A DNA stretch of 64,000 nucleotides from an uncultured Actinomycetes bacterium (GTDB lineage: Bacteria; Actinomycetota; UBA4738; HRBIN12). Positions 20,095 through 32,700 of the stretch are shown piece by piece (the stretch's first letter is position 1; each line of letters opens with the position of its first letter). Made by a program: the position numbers and the translations under genes. The stretch is from assembly GCA_963704885.1 (NCBI GenBank), contig CAVPIB010000004.1, positions 128,001 through 192,000 on the forward strand, in the 5' to 3' direction. Under the pieces are notes generated by a model. It saw only the letters and a program-made list of their open reading frames with translations, was not told the DNA's origin and made no database searches.

Positions 20095-20175
20095 TTGACG
20101 GACCTGCGCTTTCTTAGTAGCGTTGCGCTCTCTACGTCAGGTAGATATAACAATAACGGTAAACTTTATGGTTAT
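20095..20175 (+). promoter_or_regulatory. ftsZ promoter and downstream palindromic operator(s)
   Basis: TTGACG (20095)-17 nt-TAGCGT (20118); palindromes TCTAC-N5-GTAGA (20131-20145) and ATAACggTAAA-C-TTTAtgGTTAT (20153-20175). Confidence 0.7.
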
Positions 20176-20247
20176 GGTTGTCGAGGCATGGACGGCGTTT
20201 CCCCAGGTGACGAGCGGGTCGGAAGGCCCGCCGTTCGGAGGACAGCG

Positions 20248-21405
20248 ATGATGGATGCTCCCCAGAACTACCTCGCCGTTATCAAGGTGGTCGGGATCGG
20301 CGGCGGCGGCGTGAACGCGGTGAACCGGATGATCGAGGCAGGCCTCCGGGGCGTCGAGTTCATCGCCGTCAACACGGATGCCCAGACCCTGTTGATGTCG
20401 GACGCGGAGGTGAAGCTCGACATCGGTCGTGAAACCACCCGAGGACTCGGTGCCGGATCGGATCCTGAGGTGGGGCGCTCGGCGGCGCATGAGCATGGCG
20501 ACGAGATCGAGGAGATCTTGAAGGGGGCCGACATGGTCTTCATCACCGCCGGTGAGGGCGGTGGCACCGGGACCGGCGGCGCACCCGTTGTCGCCGAGGC
20601 TGCACGCGGCCTCGGCGCGCTGACGATCGGGGTTGTGACGCGCCCGTTCGGGTTCGAGGGGCGCAAGCGCGCGACGCAGGCTGACGTCGGCATCACCGAG
20701 CTGAAGAAGGCGGTCGACACGCTGATCGTGGTGCCGAACGATCGCCTGCTGCAGGTCTCGGACCCCACCACGCCCATGATCGAGGCGTTCCGCATGGCAG
20801 ACCAGGTCCTATATCAAGGCGTGGACGGGATCACGTCGCTGATCACGACGCCGGGGTTGATCAACCTGGACTTCGCGGATGTGAAGTCGGTCATGACGGG
20901 TGCAGGTTCGGCCCTCATGGGGATCGGGCACGGCACGGGCGAGAACCGTGCCGTCGAAGCGGCGAAGTCGGCGATCTCCTCTCCGCTGCTTGAGTCCTCG
21001 ATCGACGGCGCGAAGGGTGTGCTTCTGTCCATCGCGGGTCCCACGGACCTATCGCTGCATGAGGTGAACGCGGCCGCCGACCACATCACCCGGGTGGCAC
21101 ACCCCGACGCCAACATCATCTTCGGCGCGGTGGTGGACGACGCCCTCGGCGAGGAGGTCCGGGTCACGGTCGTCGCGGCCGGATTCGACAAGTTGGCCTC
21201 GTCGCTTGAGACGAGCAGGTTCGAAAGTCGGCTCTCCCGGCTGCTCGAGGAGCCCGATCGTGGCGATGACGCCCTCCCATCGATCCTGTCCGAAGAGATC
21301 GACGAGGACGTCGACGTCTTCACGAGCGCGGGCGACTCGGAGCCGGCATCGGTGGGGTTCGACGCCGAGGAGGATCTGGACATCCCGGATTTCTTGAAGA
21401 ACTGA
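20248..21405 (+). CDS. ftsZ: Cell division protein FtsZ
   Basis: GGGTGTG signature, INLDFADV, C-terminal DLDIPDFLK. Confidence 0.98.
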   Translation: MMDAPQNYLAVIKVVGIGGGGVNAVNRMIEAGLRGVEFIAVNTDAQTLLMSDAEVKLDIGRETTRGLGAGSDPEVGRSAAHEHGDEIEEILKGADMVFITAGEGGGTGTGGAPVVAEAARGLGALTIGVVTRPFGFEGRKRATQADVGITELKKAVDTLIVVPNDRLLQVSDPTTPMIEAFRMADQVLYQGVDGITSLITTPGLINLDFADVKSVMTGAGSALMGIGHGTGENRAVEAAKSAISSPLLESSIDGAKGVLLSIAGPTDLSLHEVNAAADHITRVAHPDANIIFGAVVDDALGEEVRVTVVAAGFDKLASSLETSRFESRLSRLLEEPDRGDDALPSILSEEIDEDVDVFTSAGDSEPASVGFDAEEDLDIPDFLKN

Positions 21406-21419
21406 GCGGACGATCCCGT

Positions 21420-21515
21420 CCGTCCCGCGCGGCCTCGCGCAGGGGACGGGGAGGTTCCGAGCTAGGAGGCGCCCTTCCCCCGCCTCTTGGCCGAGAGACC
21501 TCCCCGTCCCCTTTC
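21420..21515 (+). terminator. Two-state hairpin/terminator-like element with CCCUUCCCC loop
   Basis: 15-bp perfect stem 21441-21455/21498-21512, inner 11-bp stem with G-U pairs, short T-run after; competing hairpin 21420-21449. Confidence 0.65.
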
Positions 21516-21542
21516 CATGTTTCTGCCACTCTTGGTACCCGC

Positions 21543-22235
21543 ATGGTCGCCACCCGTGAGGAGACGCTCGAGAACCTCCGCGCACTGCGGGAGGGGATCG
21601 CGAGCGGTTGCGATAAGGCCGAGCGGGATCCGTCGACCGTCAGACTTGTGGCTGCAAGCAAGACGGTGCCCCTGGAGAACATGCGCTGGGTGCACGACGC
21701 AGGAGTCGAGGACTTCGGCGAGAACTACGTGAATGAGATGCGTGCGAAGCGGCCGGACCTTCCCTCTGTGCGCTGGCACTACATCGGCACCCTGCAGTCC
21801 GGTAGCGCCCATCACGTGGCGGTGCTCGCGGACGTCGTGCAGACGGTCGCCGAGGGCCGGGCCACCGATCGGCTCGCGCGCCGGGTCGTCCAAGCGGGGC
21901 GGGTTGTCGAAGTCTTGATCGAGGTCGACTTCACCGGTGAGCGCACCGGCGTCCCGCCGGAGCGGACGCAAGAGCTCGCGGACCGTATCGCCTCGCTCGA
22001 CGGTCTCCGGTTGGTTGGTCTGATGACCCTGCCGCCCGTGCCAGTTCGACCGGAGGACGCGCGACCGTTCTTCATCCGGCTTCGAGATCTGCGTGATCGC
22101 ATCCGCGAACGACACCCTGAGGTGCTGGAATTGTCCATGGGGATGTCGTTGGATTACCAGGTCGCTGTGGAAGAAGGCGCTACGATGGTCCGCGTCGGGA
22201 CGGCGCTGTTCGGTCCCCGGGTGCCGCTGACGTAG
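21543..22235 (+). CDS. yggS: PLP homeostasis protein YggS/YlmE
   Basis: LVAASKT, FGENYV, WHYIGTLQ, LSMGMS.D, ATMVRVGTALFG. Confidence 0.95.
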   Translation: MVATREETLENLRALREGIASGCDKAERDPSTVRLVAASKTVPLENMRWVHDAGVEDFGENYVNEMRAKRPDLPSVRWHYIGTLQSGSAHHVAVLADVVQTVAEGRATDRLARRVVQAGRVVEVLIEVDFTGERTGVPPERTQELADRIASLDGLRLVGLMTLPPVPVRPEDARPFFIRLRDLRDRIRERHPEVLELSMGMSLDYQVAVEEGATMVRVGTALFGPRVPLT

Positions 22236-22245
22236 GGAGGAAGTG

Positions 22246-22713
22246 ATGGCCGGCGTGTGGAAGAAGACGCTCAACTACCTCGGACTCGTGGAAGACGATG
22301 AGGAATTCGTGGATGACATCCCCGACGCCGAGCCGGCGCCGGTCCGACGGATGAAGCCGCAGGCGGTTCGCGAGGTCTCCTCCGAGACCGAGGGTGTCGT
22401 CCGCACCATCGCGTCGCCGCGAGCGGTCGCAGCGTCATCGGCCATCTACAAGTCCGAGCCCAAGCGGTTCAACGAGGCGCGCGAGGTTGCCGACCGCTAC
22501 AAGGAAGGCACCGCGGTCATCATGAACCTGCAGAGCACCGACGACACCATCGCGCGGCGGCTTGTGGATTTCGCATCCGGACTGGTCTACGGGCTCGACG
22601 GCAAGATCGAGCTCGTCGCCAACCGCGTATACCTGCTGACTCCTGCCAACGTGGAGGTCTCGGCCGAGGAACGCGAGCGGATCGCTGGCGGGGCGTTCTA
22701 CAACCAGTTCTGA
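22246..22713 (+). CDS. sepF: Cell division protein SepF
   Basis: YLGL N-terminal helix; VIMNL, RRLVDFASGLVYGLDG, LLTPANV. Confidence 0.95.
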   Translation: MAGVWKKTLNYLGLVEDDEEFVDDIPDAEPAPVRRMKPQAVREVSSETEGVVRTIASPRAVAASSAIYKSEPKRFNEAREVADRYKEGTAVIMNLQSTDDTIARRLVDFASGLVYGLDGKIELVANRVYLLTPANVEVSAEERERIAGGAFYNQF

Positions 22714-22783
22714 TCGGGCGCCGGAGGCGCGCGACCCTGGTCGCTCCCGCCGCGGGTAGCCCGGCTGCTAGCCTTCTCAACCG

Positions 22784-23065
22784 ATGATCTGTGCGGCGAA
22801 CCCCTTCCTTCGGCTGGTCTGTATCGCGCTGCCGGTCTACTCGTTCATCCTGCTAGCGCGGGTCATCGTGAGCTGGATAGAGCTGGCGGGGGTCCGGCCT
22901 CCGCCGACCGGCCCACTGCGGACCCTCTTCGAGCTACTCTTCGACGTCACGGAGCCGGTGCTTCGGCTGCTCCGACGGGTCATCCCTCCCGCGGGGCCGC
23001 TCGACCTGTCGGTCATCGTGGCGTTCGTGATCATCTTCGTGCTGCAGAACGCGATCTGCCGATGA
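22784..23065 (+). CDS. YggT/YlmG membrane protein
   Basis: RVIVSW, VTEPVL..LRRVIP, LDLS. Confidence 0.9.
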   Translation: MICAANPFLRLVCIALPVYSFILLARVIVSWIELAGVRPPPTGPLRTLFELLFDVTEPVLRLLRRVIPPAGPLDLSVIVAFVIIFVLQNAICR

Positions 23066-23084
23066 GGGGAGCGAGGGAGGTTCC

Positions 23085-23798
23085 ATGAAGAAGAAGGAAA
23101 AGGACGCCGCAGACGACTCGCAGGACTTCTCCGGCATGCCGGCGTCCGCTCCCATAACGGCCGCGGACATCCAGCAGAAGGAGTTCCGGGTGTCGCGCTT
23201 CGGCGGATACCGGATGCGCGACGTCGACGAGTTCCTGGATCAGGTCACGGAAGCCATGACCAAACTCGCCGATGAGAACCAACGGGTGCGGTCGGCCGGC
23301 GGACTCCCGGTAGCGCCGTCGCCCCCACCGATCGGCGCGCCGGACCTGGCCGATACGTCGCGACAGGCCGACGAGATCATCGCTCGAGCGCGAGCGGAGG
23401 CTGCCACGATCTTGCAGGAGGCTCGCGAGCAGGCAGTAACGGCAGCCGGGGGACCCACGACCGATGCCGGGCGGGCTGCGGTGGCGGCGTTCCTGGCACA
23501 GGAGCGCGACTTCCTCCAGCAGCTCGCGTCGCTGGTGCAAGGCCATGCAGAGTCCGTCAAGGGTATGGCGAAGGCCAGCAGGGGCCCGAAGCCGGGGTCC
23601 GCCGCTCCGGCCGCCGGATCCGCGAAGGCGGTCGAGCGGTCGGGGCCCGTAGAGGCTGCGGGCGCGCCGAAGCAGACAGAGCCGATCCGAGTCGAGGAAC
23701 CGGCCACGGCATCGGTCGCGGCCGCCGAGTCTGACGACGAGGCGACGAGCGAGGGAGGAGATCCATCGCTCAGGGAGCTCTTCTGGGGCGAGGAGTGA
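23085..23798 (+). CDS. divIVA: DivIVA domain protein
   Basis: ITAADIQQKEF...GGYRMRDVDEFLDQV plus coiled coil; canonical position after yggT. Confidence 0.88.
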   Translation: MKKKEKDAADDSQDFSGMPASAPITAADIQQKEFRVSRFGGYRMRDVDEFLDQVTEAMTKLADENQRVRSAGGLPVAPSPPPIGAPDLADTSRQADEIIARARAEAATILQEAREQAVTAAGGPTTDAGRAAVAAFLAQERDFLQQLASLVQGHAESVKGMAKASRGPKPGSAAPAAGSAKAVERSGPVEAAGAPKQTEPIRVEEPATASVAAAESDDEATSEGGDPSLRELFWGEE

Positions 23799-23972
23799 CC
23801 GCCGGCGACCGCCCCGCGGCGGTCGCCCTGCTCTACGCGAGCGCGTTCGCGATGATCCTCGCCGCAGCCTTGGCCCTGGGCGTGGGGCTCCTGTCCGAGC
23901 GAGGGACCGGTCCTGTTCTGGTGGCGCTTGTGGCGAGCCTTGGTGGGTTGCTGTTGCTCGCCCTGGGGATCG

Positions 23973-27143
<3,171 letters not shown>

Positions 27144-27174
27144 CCTCTCGTCGCCTCCTTCCGCGCCCCGACAT

Positions 27175-27448
27175 GCGAAACGCCTCGTCCCTTGCAGGGA
27201 CGAGGCGTTGGCCCCGCGGTACCACCCCGCTTGTCAGGCGCCTCTCGGCGCCCGACCGCTCACGACCGCCATCACGGCCTCCCGCTGTCACGGGCGGGGC
27301 CCGGCTGCGCCTACTGCGCTGCAGGAGAAGACCCGCACCGGTTCGGGCAGCGGCTCGGGGAGGATGTTCACGGGGGGTTCGCGCCGGGCTCGCACCATCC
27401 CCGGCTCGCTCTGGCTGGACGACCCCGCTACTCGTTCCCGTCGTCGCC
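27175..27448 (-). promoter_or_regulatory. T-box riboswitch, Ile specifier
   Basis: T-box GGGTGGTACCGCG (27215-27227 rc), stem I AG/GNTG motifs, specifier ATC (27363-27365 rc), hairpin 27179-27209, TAGCAT -10 at 27459-27464. Confidence 0.92.
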
Positions 27449-27472
27449 TGTCCGGGTCATGCTACACCCGCT

Positions 27473-27733
27473 ATGGCCACCATCACGGTTCGAGTCGTCC
27501 CGCGTTCGGGCCGAACGAGGGTCGAGGTAGGCCCCGACGGTGTAGTCGTCCGTGTGCGGTCGGCTCCCGAGCGGGGCAGAGCCACGGACGAGGCCGCAAG
27601 AGCGCTGGCCGATTCGCTTGGGGTCGCCCCAGGCCGCGTGAGCCTGCGGGCCGGAGTCCGTTCACGCACGAAGGTCTTCGATGTGGAAGGACTCACCTCC
27701 GAGGAGCTCGAGCTCCGGATCGGCCGGGCATGA
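27473..27733 (+). CDS. DUF167/YggU family protein
   Basis: VRVVPRS...VRVRSAPERGRAT...GVRSRTK. Confidence 0.85.
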   Translation: MATITVRVVPRSGRTRVEVGPDGVVVRVRSAPERGRATDEAARALADSLGVAPGRVSLRAGVRSRTKVFDVEGLTSEELELRIGRA

Positions 27734-27781
27734 GGGGTCTTCCGGGACCCCAGAAGACCCCTGTGCTACCCTCCCTCGACC

Positions 27782-28168
27782 ATGGCCGGGACCAGCAAAC
27801 TCACGAAGCAAGAGCTAGGTGACCTGCGCGTTCGCCTGGAGGAGGAGGGCGCCCAGCTGGAGACGCAGCTGGCCACCATCCTCGAGGACTCCTTCGCCGC
27901 GTCGCAGTCCGAGATGTCTGGCGACGTCGGCCTCGACGACGAATCCGCCGACGCGGGAACCGCCACGTTCGAGCGGGAGAAGGATCTTTCGATAGAGAAC
28001 AACGTCCGCGATCTTCTGCAGAAGATCGAGCGCGCGCTGCGCCGTATGGACGAAGGGAGCTACGGCATCTGCGACATCTGCGGGAAGCCCATCGAGAAGG
28101 CACGAGTGAAGGCCCTCCCGTACGTCGACCTCTGCATCAAGGACGCCCAGGCTCAGTCCCGGCGGTAG
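27782..28168 (+). CDS. TraR/DksA family transcription factor
   Basis: Coiled coil, ADAGTATFERE, ALRRMDEGSYGICDICGKPI..ARVKALP. Confidence 0.92.
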   Translation: MAGTSKLTKQELGDLRVRLEEEGAQLETQLATILEDSFAASQSEMSGDVGLDDESADAGTATFEREKDLSIENNVRDLLQKIERALRRMDEGSYGICDICGKPIEKARVKALPYVDLCIKDAQAQSRR

Positions 28169-28173
28169 TCCTC

Positions 28174-28668
28174 GTGACCGTCCGGGGACGCTCCGCGGCG
28201 CTGCTCTTCACGGTCGCGGGTCTGACGTGGGCGCTGGACCAGCTCACGAAGGTGTGGGTCGATCGCTCGCTGGCGGGCCGCCCGCCGATCACCGTGATCC
28301 CCGGCGTGCTCGATCTGCGGTTCACGACGAACTCCGGCGGTGCATTCAGCCTTGGACGAAGCGCCCCTTGGATCTTCGTGGGGGCGTCCATCCTGGTAAC
28401 CGTCGCGATCGTCGCGACCGCGTTCCGGCATACCGACATCCTCAAGTCGATCTCCTTGGGGCTGATCCTCGGTGGAGCGCTGGGAAACCTGACCGATCGT
28501 GTGCTCCGGGGTCCGCGGTTCACGGGACACGTGATCGACTTCGTCGACTTCCACATCTGGCCGGTGTTCAATCTGGCGGACAGCGCGATCGTGATCGGTG
28601 CCATCATGCTGGCGCTCTCCTCGTTCGGGGCCGATCGGGACTCGTCTCCCTCCTCCGATGACGGTTGA
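28174..28668 (+). CDS. lspA: Lipoprotein signal peptidase
   Basis: DQLTK, NSGGAFS, GGALGNLTDR, VIDF, FNLAD. Confidence 0.96.
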   Translation: MTVRGRSAALLFTVAGLTWALDQLTKVWVDRSLAGRPPITVIPGVLDLRFTTNSGGAFSLGRSAPWIFVGASILVTVAIVATAFRHTDILKSISLGLILGGALGNLTDRVLRGPRFTGHVIDFVDFHIWPVFNLADSAIVIGAIMLALSSFGADRDSSPSSDDG

Positions 28669-29560
28669 CCGGATCCTCGCGGAGCCCGGGCGGCTGGACG
28701 CGGTTGTCGCCCGGATGACCGGCGTCACCCGCGCCGACGTGCAGCGGTCGATCGCGGCCGGGCGTGTGCGAGTGAACGGCACGGCCAGACCGAAGTCCTT
28801 CCTGCTCGCCGGGGGCGAGCGGATCGACGTGGAGCTGGACCCAACGAGGGCGCTCGCGCCCGAAGGCCCGCCCGTCCCGGTGCTCTACGAGGATGCAAAC
28901 CTTCTGGTGGTGGCCAAGCCCGCCGGCATCGTGACCCACCCGACCGACCGACGGCGCACAGGCACGCTGGTGAACCGTCTCCTCGGGATGCGGATGCCGC
29001 TGTCCACGATCGGCGGTTCGCTTCGTCCGGGCATCGTTCATCGGCTGGACGCCGGAACATCGGGTCTGATGATCGTGGCTAAGACGGACGAGGCGCACGT
29101 GGCGCTCGCCGCGATGTTCAAGGGCCACGAGGTCACGAGGCGATACCTGACGCTCGTGCGCGGCACCGTGGATCACGACGCGTTCGCCGTCGACGCGGCA
29201 CTCGGCCGGCAGGCCGCGCGCATCGTGGTCGACCAGACGGGTGGGCGACCTGCGGAAACCGGCTTCGAGGTCAGGGAGCGGTTCGACCGTGCCACGTTGT
29301 TGGAGGCTGCTCCCCGGACCGGCAGGACCCATCAGATCCGGGTGCATCTGTCGGCGATCGGGCACCCGATCCTGGGGGATCGGACGTATGGGGGCGTCGG
29401 CGATCTATCCCGCGATCTCGGGCTGGATCGACCTTTCCTGCACTCCTGGCGCATCTCGTTCAGGCATCCGCTGACCGGGGAACTCCTCGAGCGAGACGAG
29501 GGCTTGCCCGAGGACCTAGAGCGAGCGCTGGTGCGTCTGCGGACCAGGGACGCTCACTGA
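28658..29560 (+). CDS. RluA/RluD family pseudouridine synthase
   Basis: S4 domain, KPAG, HRLDAGTSG, TGRTHQIRVH. Confidence 0.95.
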   Translation: MTVDRILAEPGRLDAVVARMTGVTRADVQRSIAAGRVRVNGTARPKSFLLAGGERIDVELDPTRALAPEGPPVPVLYEDANLLVVAKPAGIVTHPTDRRRTGTLVNRLLGMRMPLSTIGGSLRPGIVHRLDAGTSGLMIVAKTDEAHVALAAMFKGHEVTRRYLTLVRGTVDHDAFAVDAALGRQAARIVVDQTGGRPAETGFEVRERFDRATLLEAAPRTGRTHQIRVHLSAIGHPILGDRTYGGVGDLSRDLGLDRPFLHSWRISFRHPLTGELLERDEGLPEDLERALVRLRTRDAH

Positions 29561-29592
29561 GGCGCCGCCGAGTACCGCCCCGACCTGCGGCC

Positions 29593-29670
29593 TTGACGCC
29601 CCTCGGGGCCGGGCGTACGGTGTGGCTCCCCGGAATCACACCGGTGTAGTTATCCCCCGGTGTGGATAAC
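29593..29670 (+). promoter_or_regulatory. dnaE promoter with paired DnaA boxes
   Basis: TTGACG (29593)-17 nt-TACGGT (29616); perfect TGTGGATAA (29661-29669) facing degenerate TTATCCCCC (29650-29658). Confidence 0.75.
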
Positions 29671-29715
29671 TGGATATATGCGCGAGATGTGGGAAGAGGG
29701 GACGTCGCCGGACCG

Positions 29716-32700
29716 ATGACCGATCAGGGATTCGTACACCTCCACGTCCACTCCGAGTACTCCCTGCTCGACGGGGCGGCGCGTATCGAGGCCCCCAAGT
29801 TCCACCCGGACGCCCCCACCATCTTCACGGAGGCCGAGCGCCACGGCATGACGGCGGTCGCCGTCACCGATCACGGCGCCATGTTCGGTGCGCTACGGTT
29901 CTTCGAAGAAGGCAGGCGCGCCGGGATCAAACCCATCATCGGGGTCGAGGCGTATGTGGCCCCCAGCTCGCGCTTCGAGCGCGACCCCGGGCAGAACGAG
30001 GAGAAGTACCACCACCTCACGCTGCTCGCCCAGAACGAGGCTGGCTACCGCAACCTGCTGAAGCTCGTGTCCGCTGCATACCTGGAGGGCTTCTACCACC
30101 GCCCGCGCATGGACAAGGAGCTGCTCGCCGAACACGCCGAAGGCGTGATCTGCCTGTCGGGTTGCCTCTCGAGCGAGATAGCCACCCTGCTTCTCGCGGG
30201 TCAGGATCGAAAGGCTGAGGAGGCTGCCGCGCGATACCGGGACATCTTCGGACCCGATCGGTACTTCATCGAACTGCAGGACCACGGCATCGCCGATCAG
30301 CGGCGAGTGCTGCCCAAGCAGATCGAGCTGGCGCGTTCTCTCGACATCCCGCTCGTGGCCACCAACGACTTGCACTACACGGTGCGCGAGGACGCGAAGC
30401 CGCACGACGTCTTGCTCTGTATCCAACAGCAGAAGCTGCAGAGCGACCCCAAGCGGCTGCGGTTCGACTCCGACCAGTTCTACCTCAAGAGCGCCGAGGA
30501 GATGCGGCGCGTCTTCCGGGAGCTCCCCGAGGCGTGCGACAACACGCTGCGGATCGCCGAGGGCGTGGACCTGGATCTGGTCTTCGGCGATCGCGCGCCG
30601 GCCGATCAGCGCTTCCACCTGCCCAAGTTCGAGGTCCCGCCTGGCAAGGAGCTCGACAGCTATCTGGGCGAGCTCACCCGCGAGGGGGCGAGGGGTCGCT
30701 ACGGAGAGATCACCGACGAGATCGCGGGGCGGATCGACGACGAGCTTGCCGTCATCACCCAGATGGGGTTCGCCGGCTACTTCCTGATCGTGTGGGACCT
30801 GATCCGGTTCGCCCGCGAGAGCGGGATCCGCGTAGGGCCCGGTCGAGGATCGGCTGCGGGCTCCGTGGTCTCGTACTGCCTGCGGATCACCGACCTGGAT
30901 CCGCTGCGCTACGGTTTGATCTTCGAGCGGTTCCTGAACCCCGAGCGGCGACAGATGCCGGACATCGACATGGACTTCGACGAGCGCCGTCGCGACGAGG
31001 TGATCCGCTACGCCACCGAGCGGTACGGCTCGGATCACGTCGCCCAGATAATCACGTTCCAGACGATCAAGGGGAAGCAGGGGATACGCGACGCCGCGCG
31101 CGTGTTGGGGTTCCCCGCGGCGACAGGCGACCGGCTCTGCAAGATGTATCCGCCCGCCATCATGGGACGCGACGAGCCCATCGAGCGGGCGCTCGAGATC
31201 TCACCGGAGCTGCGCGAGGCCTACGAGAAGGAACCGGAGGCCAAAGAGATCGTCGATACCGCGCGAGCACTGGAGGGTCTGCGTCGCGAGGACTCTGTCC
31301 ACGCGGCCGGCGTGGTGATCGGCGACGCGCCACTGGTGAACTACCTTCCGCTCAAGCTCTCCAAGGACTCGCGCGACGATTCGAAACGCGTCGTCACGCA
31401 GTTCGACATGCACGGGGTGGAGGAGCTCGGCCTGCTGAAGATGGACTTCCTGGGGCTGCGCAACCTGTCGGTTATCGACGACACGGTGCGGCACCTGAAG
31501 GCCCGCGGCGTGGAGCTCGACATCGACCACGTTCCGCTCGACGACGCTGAGACGTACGCCATGCTCTGCCGTGCCGACACCACGGGCGTCTTCCAGATGG
31601 AATCGCCGGGCGTGCGCAGTCTCATCAAGCTGCTCGAGCCCGACCGGTTCGAGGATCTGATGGCGCTCGTGGCGCTCTATCGCCCAGGCCTGCTCTCGAT
31701 GGGCCAACACACGGAGTACGCGGAGCGCAAGCACGGACGCAAGCCGGTGACCTATCCGCATCCGGACCTCGAGCCGGTCCTGAAGGACACGTACGGGATC
31801 ATCGTCTATCAGGAACAGGTGATGCAGGCGGCGGTCGTGATGGCCGGCTATTCCATGGGTCAGGCCGACACCCTGCGGAAGGTCATGGGCAAGAAGATCC
31901 GCGAGCTGCTGCCTCCGCACCGCGACGCGTTCGTGAAGGGGTGTGTAGAGCGCGGGCATCCGACGCGGATGGCCGAAGATCTGTTCGAGCTGATCGTGCC
32001 GTTCGCCGACTACGGATTCAACGCGTCCCACGCGTGCGCCTACGGCTACGTCGCCTATCAGACGGCGTATCTGAAGGCGCATCATCCGGTCGAGTACATG
32101 TCGGCCATGCTCACGAGCGTCAAGGACGACAAGGACCGCAAGCCGTTCTACCTGTACGCGTGTCGCGGCATGGCGATCCAGGTGTTGCCGCCGGACGTGA
32201 ACGGCTCGGAGACGGACTTCGCCCCGGCGCCGGGAGACGACCCGGCGATCAGATACGGGCTTTCGGCGATCCGTAACGTTGGGGAGGGCGCCGTCTCGCA
32301 CATCATCGCGGCGCGCCTGACCAAGGGCGCGTTCACCTCGTTCGCCGACTTCTGCCGCAAGGTGGAACCGTCGGTGCTGACCAAGCGTGTGTTGGAGAGC
32401 CTGATCTTCGCGGGTGCGTTCGACTCGATGGGGTACTCGCGCCGCGCGCTCATCGAGAACCACGACAAGGTCTCGGGCCCGATCGTGGCGGAGCGCAAGG
32501 CCGAGGCGGCCGGGCAGTTCTCGCTCTTCGGCGGGGATTCCGGCGTGAACGAGGTCGACGAATCGGTGCTCGATGGTGAGGAGTTCGACAAGCGGACGCT
32601 GCTCCGCGAGGAGAAGGAGATGCTCGGGCAGTTCGTGACGGATCATCCGCTGCTCGGCGTCGAGGATGCGCTGTCGGCCCAGACCACGCATGAGATCGCA

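Noticed and set aside
29640-29680. Replication origin
   Set aside because: Only two DnaA boxes, no AT-rich unwinding element, no dnaA/dnaN context
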